NCBI GenBank assembly: GCA_964016885.1
Contig: OZ024747.1
Coordinates: 85,498,001 to 85,562,000, forward strand
Source: Eledone cirrhosa
Lineage: Eukaryota
DNA: 64,000 nt
Direction: 5' to 3'
Shown here: one piece after another, positions 29,168 through 43,254 of the stretch
Layout: every line of letters begins with the position of its first letter
Numbering within the stretch: the first letter of the stretch is position 1
The notes under the pieces: model-generated
The model's input: only the letters and a program-made list of their open reading frames with translations
What the model was told of the DNA's origin: nothing
The model's database searches: none
Made by a program: the position numbers and the translations under genes

Positions 29168-31025
29168 TGATTGCCAGGCAAACGCGGCTGGCAGAGGGCG
29201 CCTGGCTAAGGCCAGGCGCCTGTTGGCCAAATTAATGGCAGAGCCAAATGAGAAGACTCTTGACCTGGTGCCGAAAAGGCAAAGAGAGAAAGGAAGCTTA
29301 AAGTTGTTAGTTTTATAGGGCTCTGACCGGAAGTTGCAGAAAGGGTTCCACTTCCCGTCTAGATCCTAATCAAAACAAGGGAGACAACCGCTACATAACC
29401 TCCCGCCAGAATTTTAGTGTATAAAAATCGAAATGAAAATATGTAGCAAGTTGGCGAGAATGTTGTAATAGGCATGAAAATTACGACAAAAGAATGTTTG
29501 GAAAAATCAATGATAGATATCAAGGTAGCCAACCGCTCTTGGCCAGAGAACGACTGGACATCCATCTATCCATCACCCAAAGATACAATGTAATAAAGTA
29601 AAAGTAATAGAAGAGCTCAAAGTTCAAAATATAGTTCACAGGTGTGCAATCACATGACAGCAGGAAAGAAAGTGTGTTCCAGAGAATGAATGCAGGTGGT
29701 TTCTGTTCTGTGGTATATCGTGAAATTTCCAACCTCCGAATGGATTTTCTCACAGGAAGAGTGCTGCAAAAATGAATTCTCTGGCTTTGGTGAAGCTGTA
29801 TTGATGTATTGCTGTTGCTGTTATATTGCTGTTGCTGCTGCTGTTGTCTCGCTGAGTGAGCGTATTCGGTGTTTAAATTCACAGTAAAAAAAATTTACTT
29901 AGAAAAAATGAGTTGCGCAAAGTGCTAGAAATAGCAGCCGAAGTTGATGGTCGATGTTGAGAATGCGTTGACCTGGAAGGGTCAAGAGGCCAGCGACCAG
30001 AGAAATAAGCATTCTTAATAAATGCGCGGTTATCAACGGTAAATTTACATTGTAAATTTATAAACCGGCAAATGGAAGAATATAGCTTAAGGCTGAAGAA
30101 TCCCTGGTGGAGAAATGCTATCTCTGGCGTGCGGCTGTCTGTGAGTAGAGACATCTCAGTGAATCGAGAATTTATGCTGCCTACACGTGCCAATACAAGG
30201 TTGAAAAAAAATATTTCTAACGCGCGAGAAAATGATAGTGCAATTTTGAAAGTGACAATGATGAAAAAGAAAGGCTTCACTCAGCATAATTATAGGTGTG
30301 AACTTTGGAAAAAAACAAAAAACTTGAACGATGAAGAAAACGGTGAACAAAAGGCAATGGTTCATCGAAAATAAATGTTCCTGTTGAAATGTTTTTTAAA
30401 GAATATCAAATTTCTTTTTTTTTTTTTTGTGTTTTGAAAGAGTTCGTTGTAAGAAACGAGAAACATATATATATATCGTGAAATGTTTTTTTTTGTTTTG
30501 AAAGTGTTCGTTGTAAGAAACGAGAAACATATATATATATATATATTGGTGAAATGCGACAGTTAATTGATGCGTGAGAGAAAAAGTATGTCTGTGCGAA
30601 TTCCACATGTGCGTGTGTGCGTGTCCTTGAGTATTTTCATAGTTTGTCGCTAAATTTGCTGTGTATTCGTAATGTTACTCACAAAACCAGATGTGCTATT
30701 TTTTTCTTTTTTTGGGGGGGTGACCACTTATAGCGATGAACGGCTGCGTGTTCGTATCACGTCAGGGTTACCAATATAGCGAGCATTCTGGGTTGTATGA
30801 TTTCCAGGCAAACGCGGCTGGCAGAGGGCGCCTGGCTAAGGCCAGGCGCCTGTTGGCCAAATTAATGGCAGAGCCAAATGAGAAGACTCTTGACCTGGTG
30901 CCAAAAAGGCAAAGAGAGAAAGGAAGCTTAAAGTTGTTAGTTTTATAGGGCTCTGACCGGAAGTTGCAGAAAGGGTTCCACTTCCCGTCTAGATCCTAAT
31001 CAAAACAAGGGAGACAACCGCTACA
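29168..31025 (-). mobile_element. Non-autonomous LTR retrotransposon, Gypsy CsRn1-like
   Basis: 5' LTR 30729-31025 (TGTAGCG...CGCTATA); PBS TGGTCACCCC after a 2 nt spacer, similar to the tRNA-Trp PBS; PPT GGCGGGAGG before the 3' LTR at 29168-29395 (truncated). 2 mismatches seen over 228 bp. Confidence 0.88.
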
Positions 31026-32074
31026 ATATCTTATAAATGTATTATTAAAATATCATTCTCATCTTTAATCATCTCCACTTTTCAATAATCAACGTATGAA
31101 AACCATTAATTCATCAAGTTTGTATGATTGTTCAAATATCAAGTAATCCTGGTATATATAGCACACCAATCCTAGAATCTAATAGGTTCAAATCCAGTGA
31201 CGTCATCAATGACGTCATGGGTCCGTTTAAAAAAAATAATGATTTCTGATTTAGGCACAAGGCCGACAATTTGGGGGAGGGGAAAGTCGATTAAATCGAG
31301 CACAATGCTTTACTGGTACTTTATTTTACCGACCTCGTAAGGATGAAAAGCAAAGCTAAGCTCGGCGGGATTCGAAATCAGAGCGTAAAGGGAGGTAAAT
31401 CTATGTCAGGAAGCATGTTGTCCGACGCTCTACCGATACTGCTAATATATATATATTATATTTCTATTCATCCTTATGAGGTCGATGAAATAAAGTACCA
31501 GTAATGTACTGAGTAATGGCTGGCCTTGTGCCAAAAGTAGAAACAATTATATTTCTTTGGTATTTTTTTTTCCTATTTCATTTATGACTGAAGTATTTTC
31601 TTTTCTTTTCTTTTTTCTATTGTTGATTTCCATGTTTGTGTGGGTTTTGCTATTCTCGGATGATACCCACTTTCTTTTGTACGAACTGTGGCTGCTGCAT
31701 TTGCCTTTCATCCTTACGGGGTCGATAAAATAAAATACCAGTCACGCACTGGGGTCGATTTAATCGACTCCCCCCCCCCAAAATTGCTGGCCTTGTGCCT
31801 ATATAGGAAACCATTATTTAGCCTCCTGATACTATAGCTCTGCTTGCGCTAATTAAATCTATAATGGCTTGGTTAACGTTTCTTTTATTGTACTTGTTAT
31901 TTCACCATTGATTTATATTTCTGAGAGGTGTATTCTTTCATCTATGGGGAAATCTATTGTTTAGAGTTCTTGGACTATTTCCAGCTTTGTTCCATTATAG
32001 TCCTGAATTTCGTCTTTGGGGATTATAGCTTCCTCATATTTCTTTCATTTATATTTTTGGCTGTGTTGTCCTGA

Positions 32075-32485
32075 ATCGGTTTGTTGTTGGTCAGTATTCT
32101 GTATGACTTTTAACGATGGGGTTTGTTGTTGGTCTGTCTTTTCTATGACTTTTAACGATGGGCTTTGTTGTTGGTCAGTATTCTGTATATTGGCAGTATC
32201 GGTAGAGGGTCGGACGCCATGCTTTCCAGCATAGTTACGTCCCTTTACGATCTGAGTTCAAATCCCGCCGAGGTTGACTTTGCCTTTCATCCTTACGGGG
32301 TCGATAAAATAAAGTACCAGTAATGCACTGGGTAATTGCTGACCTTGTGCCTAAAGTAAAAACAAGTATTCTGTATGACTTTTAACGATGGGGTTTGTTG
32401 TTGGTCAGTCTTTTGTATGACTTTTAACGATGGGGTTTGTTGTTGGTCAGTCTTTTGTATGACTTTTAACGATGGGGTTTGTTAC
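32075..32485. repeat. ~41 bp tandem repeat interrupted by a SINE
   Basis: TATGACTTTTAACGATGGGGTTTGTTGTTGGTC units on both sides of the SINE at 32190-32370. Confidence 0.9.
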
Positions 32486-33109
32486 ATTTTGTTTACTTTA
32501 TCTGTTTTGAGTATGTTGGTTTATCTTCATGTTAAAACGTCGGATAGATGACCTTGTGGGAAATGTTCCGCTTCTTTTGGTTCTGTGTTCAAATTACGCC
32601 GAGGTCAGCTTTACCGTTTATACTTCTCCTGGTCGATAAAATATAATTGTTTTTACTTTTGACACAAGGCCAGCAATTATCCCAAGCATTACTGGTACTT
32701 TATTTTATCAACCTCGAATGGATGAAAGGCAAAGTTGACCTCGGGCAATTTGAACTCCGAGAGTAGAGAGCAGGAATAAATGCCGTAAAGCATTCTATCC
32801 GACGTTCTAACGATTCTGCCAATTCGCCGTCGGTCGATAAAATATAATACCTACCAGGTACTGGTGTTAATATAATCAATTACCTCCACCCATCCAAAAA
32901 AAGAAAACAACAACAACAACAAACAAATTGTTGGCCTTGTGCCTAAATTAATAATCAAATATATCAAGGAATAATATAAAATCCATATTCTATTAGATAT
33001 TTAAATAAATGTCAAATCAAAATAGTAATGTTCCAATAGAAACCAAAATATATGATAGTGCACATACTTAAATATGGAATGATACGTGATACCCCCGCTC
33101 CCACACACA

Positions 33110-33715
33110 CACAGCTCCGGTGGACAGGATGGAGAAGGCGTTTCCCCGGAAGACGGCAAGGGATACGCGCTGGAAAAGCCGCTCCAACTCGCGGGGCTTA
33201 CACCTGAGGCTGGCCAGCTCAGCGCCTATGGTGGTGAGTAGGGAGGTAGCCCTAGAACCGAGGACACCAGAAGTCTCCACTGCTAGGGGTACAACCGCAA
33301 ACCTGTCGGAGAGCGACCGGTATTTGAGGAGTTTGGCCTCCTCAGCCCGACGTGCAGCAGACCTGGGTTAGTAGCAGACTGCACCAGGCTGCGGCTGCGG
33401 CTGCAGAAAGTGTCGGTGCATGTAGCATCCCAGACGAGGGGTTTGCCACCGCCGAATGGGAAGATGGTCATGCCATCTGGCCTTTTGCCGTCCCCTCGGT
33501 CCAGCCCCACCGGCTCGAGCTGGGAAGGGAAGCCCGCAGCGTCCAAGCCATGCTTTATGACTTCGTTGAGGGCAGCATGGCGTGGAAGGCGGCAGGCACT
33601 GTGGCGACAGGAAAGCGGGTGGAGGCCGAAAGAGTCCACGGTGGACCCGCAGCGACATTGGTGTGGCTCGCAGATCCGGAGGCCGAGCCTCAAGGAAACG
33701 CCGATGCGTAGTCAT
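33110..33715 (-). mobile_element. CRE-clade non-LTR retrotransposon 3' end (zinc knuckle + RLE)
   Basis: [17 protein letters not shown]...RHAALN...[15 protein letters not shown]...WDATCTDT, then ETSGVLG...LFQRVSLAVFRGNA after a frameshift. Confidence 0.92.
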
Positions 33716-35317
33716 GTGTGCCGGCAATCCATAGAAATAAGCCACCTCGTTTCGTTTTATGAAATGTACGACCTCTCTAAGCTTATTTAGTGTTGGGTAC
33801 AATGTGATTACATATTTATGACAATATCTTCTAGGCGCTAACACACTATCTCCAAGATAGCGTTTCGGCAAAAACAAGTACTTTGATATAAAGAGATTAT
33901 TTAGTATATATTTATATTTTTGCACGAGACTAATGGGAGGGGATAAATGGCGTCAAGTTCTACGAATTTGACGACCTTTCTAGGTACAAAACATCTTTTC
34001 TCTATTGATGAATAAGAAAGTTTATGAAACATTATTCAATGTCTGCAACAACTTGCACTAATGTGTTACATTCTAGATAACATTTTGTAGGTAGAATTAC
34101 TTCATAGAAGAGTCATTTCAACGATTTAATGTAGGTGTAATTGCTTTACGTTTATGTTTTAGAGAGAAAAATATTAACTTCTCATAAAAATATGCTCAGT
34201 AATATCACCGAACATTTTAGTTATATATTTTATATTATTTTTAGTTTTTACCAGAATACGTTGTTAATATATTTGGATGGTATTTAAATGTCGGACTCAG
34301 CGGTACAAATATTAACTTCCCATAAAAAAATACCATATATTTTAGTAACTCATCATCATCATCATCATTATTATTACTTGACAGTATCGGTAGAGTGTCG
34401 GACACCATGCTTTGCAGCATAAAGTTACGGTCCTTTATGATCTGAGTTCAAATCTCACCGAGGTTAACTTTGCCTTTCATCCTTACGGGGTCGATAAAAT
34501 AAAGTACCAGTAACGCACTTGGGCCGATTTAATCGACTTTCCCCATCCCCAAAATTTCTGGCCTTGTGCCTATAGTAGAAATCATTATCATTAGTATATA
34601 TTATAAGGGCTGTAGATTGGCGGTCTCGGTAGAGGGCCGGACGCCATGCTTTGCGACATAGAGTCACGATCCTCTACTGTGTGAGTTCAAATCCTGCCGA
34701 GGTTAAATTTGCCTTTCATCTTTACGGGGTCGATAAAATAAAGTACCAGTAATGCAGTGGGAAAATTGCTGGCCTTGTGCCAAAAGTAGAAACAATTATT
34801 ATTAATATATACGCACACACATATACACACAAGCATACGCGCGCGCACACACACACATACACACACACACATACACACATGTCTGTGCGTGTGTGTATGC
34901 ATGTATATATGTAGGTATGTACGATTCTATGTATGTTTTTCAGAATAAGTAGTTGATAACTTTTAATAATGTTTAAATGTCCAATTCAGCGTTGCAAAGT
35001 GTTAAAATTAGTTAGCCTCGGTGGTGGCAGCTGTCAGTTAATTTTATTAGCACAAGTACTAACCTATACTTATAGGTATTGGAGTTTTCTAACAGATATG
35101 TTACAAAGTGATAGCAGCTGTAAACAGAAACACGCAGATTATCCAATACATGCACAAATAACGTCGTCTCGTTTTTTTTCTCTGACGATATCTTCGATAA
35201 AGTTTTTAACGTGCGAGTTAGATTGGTGGGATGGGGGATTCCCCCATCCCAACACGTGCGTCGAAAACGGTGGTGGTAGTTGTAAATGGATATATATATA
35301 TTTTATATATATATATA

Positions 35318-35672
<355 letters not shown>

Positions 35673-36149
35673 TTAGCTAAGCAAAACAAGACCACAAATT
35701 TCACAAGGAAGACATTATTTAAAGATTGTCAACATAGTTGTAGTTTAATGTAAGGGTTGTAAAGAATAATAATAATAATACTAATAATTGTTTCTACTTT
35801 TGGCACAAGGCCAGCAATTATCCAGTGCATTACTGGTACTTTATTTTATCGACCCCGTAAGGATGAAAGGTAAAGTTAACCTCGGCGGGATTTGAACTCA
35901 GAATGATAAGGGCCGTAACTCTATGCGTCAAAGCATGGCGTCCGACCCTCTACCGATACTGCCAATCCACCGATAATAATACTAATAATGTCCGTTTACA
36001 ATTGTTTCGCTACTCCATATAAAGTTTCTGGATCAAATGATTATAGATCATTATTGATCTGGTTCAGTTGAAGATAATTAACTTAGGAAAAATTGGAGCA
36101 GTTCATCGGAACTTCAAAAGGAATATAAATTAAGGTAAAGAAAGATCGT

Positions 36150-36300
<151 letters not shown>

Positions 36301-36450
36301 GTAGATGTGTATACACCAGGTGATGCTGATGGAGCAGGCGGTTTGTTTACGTTTCTTCTACAGAAATAATTTCGTTGGTTTGGAATAAATTTTGAAAATG
36401 TCTAACATTTCAGGAATTGGGAAACTGTAAGAGGCTGTGAAGTGCCATGG

Positions 36451-38960
36451 GTGGAGTGGTGGTGGTTGTAACAGACGTGGAGTGGTGGTGGTTGTAACAG
36501 ATGTGAAGTGGTGGTGGTTGTAACAGATGTGAAGTGGTGGTGGTTGTAACAGACGTGGAGTGGTGGTGGTTGTAACAGACGTGGAGTGGTGGTGGTTGTA
36601 ACAGACGTGGAGTGGTGGTGGTTGTAACAGACGTGGAGTGGTGGTGGTTGTAACAGATGTGAAGTGGTGGTGGTTGTAACAGACGTGGAGTGGTGGTGGT
36701 TGTAACAGACGTGGAGTGGTGGTGGTTGTAACAGATGTGGAGTGGTGGTGGTTGTAACAGATGTGGAGTGGTGGTGGTTGTAACAGACGTGGAGTGGTGG
36801 TGGTTGTAACAGATGTGAAGTGGTGGTGGTTGTAACAGACGTGGAGTGGTGGTGGTTGTAACAGACGTGGAGTGGTGGTGGTTGTAACAGATGTGAAGTG
36901 GTGGTGGTTGTAACAGACGTGGAGTGGTGGTGGTTGTAACAGACGTGGAGTGGTGGTGGTTGTAACAGACGTGGAGTGGTGGTAGTTGTAACAGATGTGA
37001 AGTGGTGGTGGTTGTAACAGATGTGAAGTGGTGGTGGTTGTAACAGACGTGGAGTGGTGGTGGTTGTAACAGACGTGGAGTGGTGGTGGTTGTAACAGAC
37101 GTGGAGTGGTGGTGGTTGTAACAGACGTGGAGTGGTGGTGGTTGTAACAGATGTGAAGTGGTGGTGGTTGTAACAGACGTGGAGTGGTGGTGGTTGTAAC
37201 AGACGTGGAGTGGTGGTGGTTGTAACAGATGTGGAGTGGTGGTGGTTGTAACAGATGTGGAGTGGTGGTGGTTGTAACAGACGTGGAGTGGTGGTGGTTG
37301 TAACAGATGTGAAGTGGTGGTGGTTGTAACAGACGTGGAGTGGTGGTGGTTGTAACAGACGTGGAGTGGTGGTGGTTGTAACAGATGTGAAGTGGTGGTG
37401 GTTGTAACAGACGTGGAGTGGTGGTGGTTGTAACAGACGTGGAGTGGTGGTGGTTGTAACAGACGTGGAGTGGTGGTGGTTGTAACAGATGTGAAGTGGT
37501 GGTGGTTGTAACAGATGTGAAGTGGTGGTGGTTGTAACAGACGTGGAGTGGTGGTGGTTGTAACAGATGTGGAGTGGTGGTGGTTGTAACAGACGTGGAG
37601 TGGTGGTGGTTGTAACAGGTGTGAAGTGGTGGTGGTTGTAACAGATGTGGAGTGGTGGTGGTTGTAACATATGTGAAGTGGTGGTGGTTGTAACAGATGT
37701 GAGGTGGGTGTAGAGGGTTATACCAGATGTAGAGTGGGTAGCTATTACAGATGTAGAGTGGGGTGGTTGTAACAGACGTGGAGTGGTGGTGGTTGTAACA
37801 GACGTGGAGTGGTGGTGGTTGTAACATATGTGAAGCGGTGGTGGTTGTAACAGATGTGGAGTGGTGGTGGTTGTAACAGATGTGAAGTGGTGGTGGTTGT
37901 AACAGATGTGGAGTGGTGGTGGTTGTAACAGATGTGAAGTGGTGGTGGTTGTAACAGATGTGAAGTGGGTGTAGAGGGTTATACCAGATGTAGAGTGGGT
38001 AGCTATTACAGATGTAGAGTGGGGTGGTTGTAACAGACGTGGAGTGGTGGTGGTTGTAACATATGTGAAGTGGTGGTGGTTGTAACAGATGTGGAGTGGT
38101 GGTGGTTGTAACAGATGTGAAGTGGTGGTGGTTGTAACAGACGTGAAGTGGTGGTGGTTGTAACAGATGTGAAGTGGTGGTGGTTGTAACAGATGTGAAG
38201 TGGGTGTAGAGGGTTATACCAGATGTAGAGTGGGTAGCTATTACAGATGTAGAGTGGTGGTGGTTGTAATAGACGTGGAGTGGTGGTGGTTGTAACAGAC
38301 GTGGAGTGGTGGTGGTTGTAACATATGTGAAGTGGTGGTGGTTGTAACAGATGTGGAGTGGTGGTGGTTGTAACAGATGTGAAGTGGTGGTGGTTGTAAC
38401 AGATGTGAAGTGGGTGTAGAGGGTTATACCAGATGTAGAGTGGGTAGCTATTACAGATGTAGAGTGGTGGTGGTTGTAACAGACGTGGAGTGGTGGTGGT
38501 TGTAACATATGTGAAGTGGTGGTGGTTGTAACAGATGTGAAATGGGTGTAGAGGGTTATACTAGATGTAGAGTGGGTAGCTATTACAGATGTAGAGTGGT
38601 GGTGGTTATAACAGATGTGAAGTGGTGGTGGTTGTAACAGATGTGAAGTGGTGGTGGTTGTAACAGACGTGGAGTGGTGGTGGTGGTTGTAACAGATGTG
38701 AAGTGGTGGTGGTTGTAACAGATGTGGAGTGGTGGTGGTTGTAACAGATGTGAAGTGGGTGTAGAGGGTTATACCAGATGTAGAGTGGGTAGCTATTACA
38801 CATGTGGAGTGGTGGTGGTTGTAACAGATGTGAAGTGGGTGTAGAGGGTTATACCAGATGTAGAGTGGGTAGCTATTACACATGTGGAGTGGTGGTGGTG
38901 GTGGTTGTAGCAGATGTGGAGTGGTGGTGGTTGTAACAGATGTGGAGGGTTATAGCAGAT
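36451..38960. repeat. 26 bp G-rich minisatellite, ~2.5 kb
   Basis: Unit GTG(G/A)AGTGGTGGTGGTTGTAACAGA(C/T); variant blocks appear after 37700. Confidence 0.98.
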
Positions 38961-39877
38961 GTGGAGTGAGTTGCTATAACAGATATGGAGTGGATGTGGA
39001 AAAGTGATCCAGAAGACTGTAACAGATGTTGAGTTGGGGTGGCGCTATAACAGCTGTGGGTAGGGTGGGGGCTATAACAGATGTGAGTGGGGGGTATAAC
39101 AGATATGGGTGGGGGTCTATAAGGAAGGAGAGAGGTGGGAATAAAGGAGGGTGGGAGAGAACGAGGAAGAGTGCTAGAGAGGGTGAGTGAGAGAGAGAAA
39201 GAGGGTGGGAGAGAGGGAGGGTGAGAGAGAAGGGGGTGAGAGAGAGGGAGGGGTGTGAGAGAGGGAGGAGGAGGGTAAGAGAGAGGGAGGGAAATTAAAG
39301 AAGAGTCAAAAATAAAGAATAAAAGAAAGACTAGTAAAAGAAAAAAAAAATGGAAAATGGGGAGAAACATAAGGAAGGAAGGAAGGAAGGAAAGAAGGAA
39401 GGAAGGAATGATGTATATAGAGAAAGAAAAGGAATGGGGGAGGGCAGGGAGGAGTGGGGGAGTGGGGATGAGTGGAGAAGTGGGGAGAAGTGGGGTGAGT
39501 AATGGGGACGGAGGGCAGAGGAGGGGGGTGGGAAGGAGTGGGAAAGGGGTAGGGAGGAGCGTAGGGATGAGTGTGGGGAGGAGTGGGGAGGAGTGGGGAA
39601 GAAAGAAGGAAGAATGTAAAGGGAAAAGAAGACAAAGGAACATGACAAATGTAATATATGAGAATAAGGTAAGATATGTGTGTGTGTGTGTGTCTGTGCA
39701 TGTGTGTGTGTGTGTGTCTGTGCATGTGTATCTGTGTGTGTCTGTCTGTGTCTGTGTGTGTGTATGTCTGTGTGTGTGTATGTGTGTAGCAATGTTGTCA
39801 TGGTAACAGTCCTATCGTGTGACGGTTTAACAAGACACTGATCCGTTGTTAACCCTTTTCTTATAATGACCATTGTT

Positions 39878-40830
39878 ACACCACCACCGCCATCACCTCT
39901 ACCACCACCACCACCTCTACCACCATCACCTCTACCACCACCACCACCTCTACCACCACCACCATCACCTCTACCACCACCACCTCTACCACAATCACCA
40001 CCTCCACCACCACCACCATCACCTCTACCACCATCACCTCTACCACCACCACCACCTCTACCACCACCACCATCACCTCTACCACCACTACCTCTACCAC
40101 CATCACCTCTACCACCACCACCTCTACCACCATCACCTCTACCACCACCACCTCTACCACAATCACCACCTCCACCTCCACCACCATCACCTCTACCACA
40201 ATCATCACCTCCACCACCAACACCACCTCTACCACCACCACCATCACCTCTACCACCACCACCTCTACCACAATCATCACCTCCACCACCAACACCACCA
40301 CCACCACCATCATCACTATCATCACTACCACCACCACCACGACCTCTACCACTACCACCACCACCACCACCACCACCATCACCTCTACCACCACCATCAC
40401 CTCTACCACCATCACCTCTACCACCACCATCACCTCTACCACCATCACCTTCACTACAACCCTCACCACCACTACCAACACTACCACCACCATTACCACC
40501 ACCAATACCGCCACCAACACTACCGCCACCACCACCACGACCTCTACCACCACCACCACTACCACCTCTACCACCATCACCACCACCTCCACTACCACTA
40601 CCACCCCCACCCCCACCATCGCCACTACCCCCACCACCACTACCACCACCACCACCACCATCACTACCGCCACCACCACCACCACCATACCACCACAAAT
40701 ATCCATTAATCCGCCACTACCACCACCACCACCACTACTACTACCACCACAACCACCACCACCACACCACCACAACTATCCATTAATCCGCCACTACCAT
40801 CCGCACCAAATCCTCCGCCACTACCATCCT
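39878..40830. repeat. (CCA)n-based compound repeat
   Basis: CCACCATCACCTCTA-type units; source of the poly-Pro/His/Gly/Val ORFs. Confidence 0.95.
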
Positions 40831-40950
40831 CCATATTGATCCCTCTGTAAGGCAAGGTGTAGATGTTACCATGGTGACTGAGATATCCTCCAGTATATAT
40901 GTTAACACACAGCATCAGTGTAGGTTGTATGTGCTACTGGATTTCAAACG

Positions 40951-40987
<37 letters not shown>

Positions 40988-41304
40988 TCTCTCTCTCTAT
41001 CTATCTATCTCTCCCTCTCTCTCTTTCTCTCTCTTTCTCTCTCTATCTCTACCCCCCCCCCCTTCTCTCTCTATCGATTCTTCTCTCCTTTTTCTATACC
41101 CTCTTTGCCCTCTCCATGAATGTACTTTAACTACTCGCTCTCGCGCACGCACGCTCAGTAACAAAACACACACACACACATATATATATATATACATACA
41201 GCATGAACATATAAACATACCCAACACGTCCTTTGGACTGAGTGCTTTACCTAATTTGTATATATCTGATTTTTCACTACACCACACACACAAACACATA
41301 TATA

Positions 41305-42156
41305 TAGTGGTAAAAAACTGGGATGTTATACCCGAAGTTGGTAGAACAATCAGTCCAAAGAGTGAATTCGGTATAGAGTTAGTTCCACAACAAATTAGCA
41401 GATATTTGGTGCAGGACTTCAAACCCTGCATTACCCTGTATTTCTCACTAATACAAAGTGAACTCATTTTGGCTCCTTTAAAATAGAGCTTGGTCTTTCC
41501 CAAGATACTCCATTCTATCCTATATGGTATGTTGTTATCTTTAAGCTCCCATACTCAGATGGTCAGTGCCGTTGTTATTCTCATATGTTGGAGTCTAAAA
41601 TATGCGGTATGTGGGTTTAAAGTAGTCTTGTATCATACCCACATATTATTCATTTGCGGCGGGTTGGCCGTTTGCAGTTATAATTCTTTCTTCATAGACC
41701 ACTGATCTTGTGTTGCAGTTTTGTAGGGGAAATTCCTCCTTTTTCCTACATGAGCACCCCGGGTTATCTTTGACTTCACCGATGGGCCACAAGAGTGGCT
41801 AATGCGAATTAATTTAGATTTAGCCACAAGTACCTATATGCCCTACCATAAACCCGATGAAAATTTAAGATATATTAGCAAATGCTCCTGTTACCCACCA
41901 AGAAGTATTTAAAAATATTGCACCTAATATTTGTCGTAGGATTTCAAATTTATCTTCCTCTAAAGAAATATTCGATTAGGACACCCCATACTATAATAAA
42001 ACCCTTAGTGATAGTTGTTTCAAGGATAGGATTACATATATGTCAAAGACTAACAACCAAAAGGAAAGTAAGAATAAGAATATACCACCCTACTCCCTAA
42101 CAATGAAAATAGATAAGCATTTTCCACCTCAGCATAGGTATAAGATATTTAACAGG
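41305..42156 (-). mobile_element. Old 5'-inverted PLE (second lineage)
   Basis: Plus strand 41808-42156 encodes an RT thumb (YMPYHKP...RRISNLSS...IDKHFPPQHRYKIFNR). Minus strand 41805-41395 encodes the continuation (RISHSC...CSCRKK...VVYE...YVG...VWELKD...LCISEK). Confidence 0.85.
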
Positions 42157-42909
42157 CAGTGTGTGTGTGTGTGTGTGTGTGTGAGGGTGGACGCGCATGA
42201 CAGTGTGTTGCTTCATGGTAAGGGTGTTCGGCTCAATCTTAACGTCGCGAGTTCGCTGTGTCCTTCAGCTACATACGTTGTTTCACGTTGCTCTAGTACA
42301 CTTAGTTGGCAAAAATAAGTTGTTCCTATATTTCAAAGGGACAGCTTTGTCATACAATGTGTCAAGCTAAATCTACCTGAAAATTATGTCGTGTGAAATA
42401 CTCGGGCATTTGTACGATCATTTGAGGTACAGGTTGTTTCGTTGATCGAAAGACTCGTCGTCTATATATAATTAACCACCATTAATAAGAAATAATTTCA
42501 GTTGATAAAGTAGCACAGATCGATGATCTATCCAAGCAAATATAATCAGTAAAATAATAGGATTAGGATTGCTACATATCAACATTTCACTAGCCAGAGA
42601 GATAGAAAGGCGGACAACCAGCCAGGAACTCAGACAGATAAACAACCAGACCGACGGACAGCCAGACCGGCGGACAGCCAGGCTGACGGACAGCCAAACA
42701 GTTTGCCAGCTAGCTACTCCTACATTCATTCATCTACTCAGCCAGCCAGCCAACCAGCCAGCCATTCATCCAGCAAGTGTGCCAGCCACCCACCCAGCCA
42801 GCCAACCACCAACATCATCCAGCCAACCAGAATTTGTGCATGGGTATGTGTTTCTCTATGTATGTATGTATGTATGTATGTATGTATGTATGTGTGTATG
42901 TATGTATGT

Positions 42910-43240
42910 ATGGTATCCAATGATGATGACTTGTTCTTCTTTTTGGTAAATATCATCTTGGTTAAGAGAGTGGGACTGGCTTTGTGCAATGCCTTTGCTC
43001 ACGATAAAAGCTTCATGGCACAGGCATTGCTTTATATCTGGAGATCTCTCTGCACTTGTCGTCAGATGGTACCATGGGCCCAGCACTATGTGTCAATAAT
43101 TGTCACAAGTGTAGTGTTTGTACCAGAGTTTTCAAGTCACTGGCTGGACTAAAAAGTCACACTCGTTCAGCGCATCGGTAGGGGTTCTCCTACATGGATA
43201 TAAAGTAGTGGCCGTACTGGAAAACGAGTTGGCAGCCACC
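42910..43240 (+). mobile_element. (CATA)n-associated short element, tail type A
   Basis: Closely matches 51926-52334 and 51660-51832; ends GTTGGCAGCCACC(ATGT)n. Confidence 0.85.
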
Positions 43241-43254
43241 ATGTATGTATGTAT

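Noticed and set aside
36358-38883. 841 aa and 422 aa ORFs
   Set aside because: Read-through of a 26 bp minisatellite; the same peptide cycles through all frames.
39331-40786. Gly-, Pro-, His- and Val-rich ORFs (extensin-like or glycine-rich protein)
   Set aside because: Open in four frames because (CCA)n variants lack stops; no unique domain or splice evidence.
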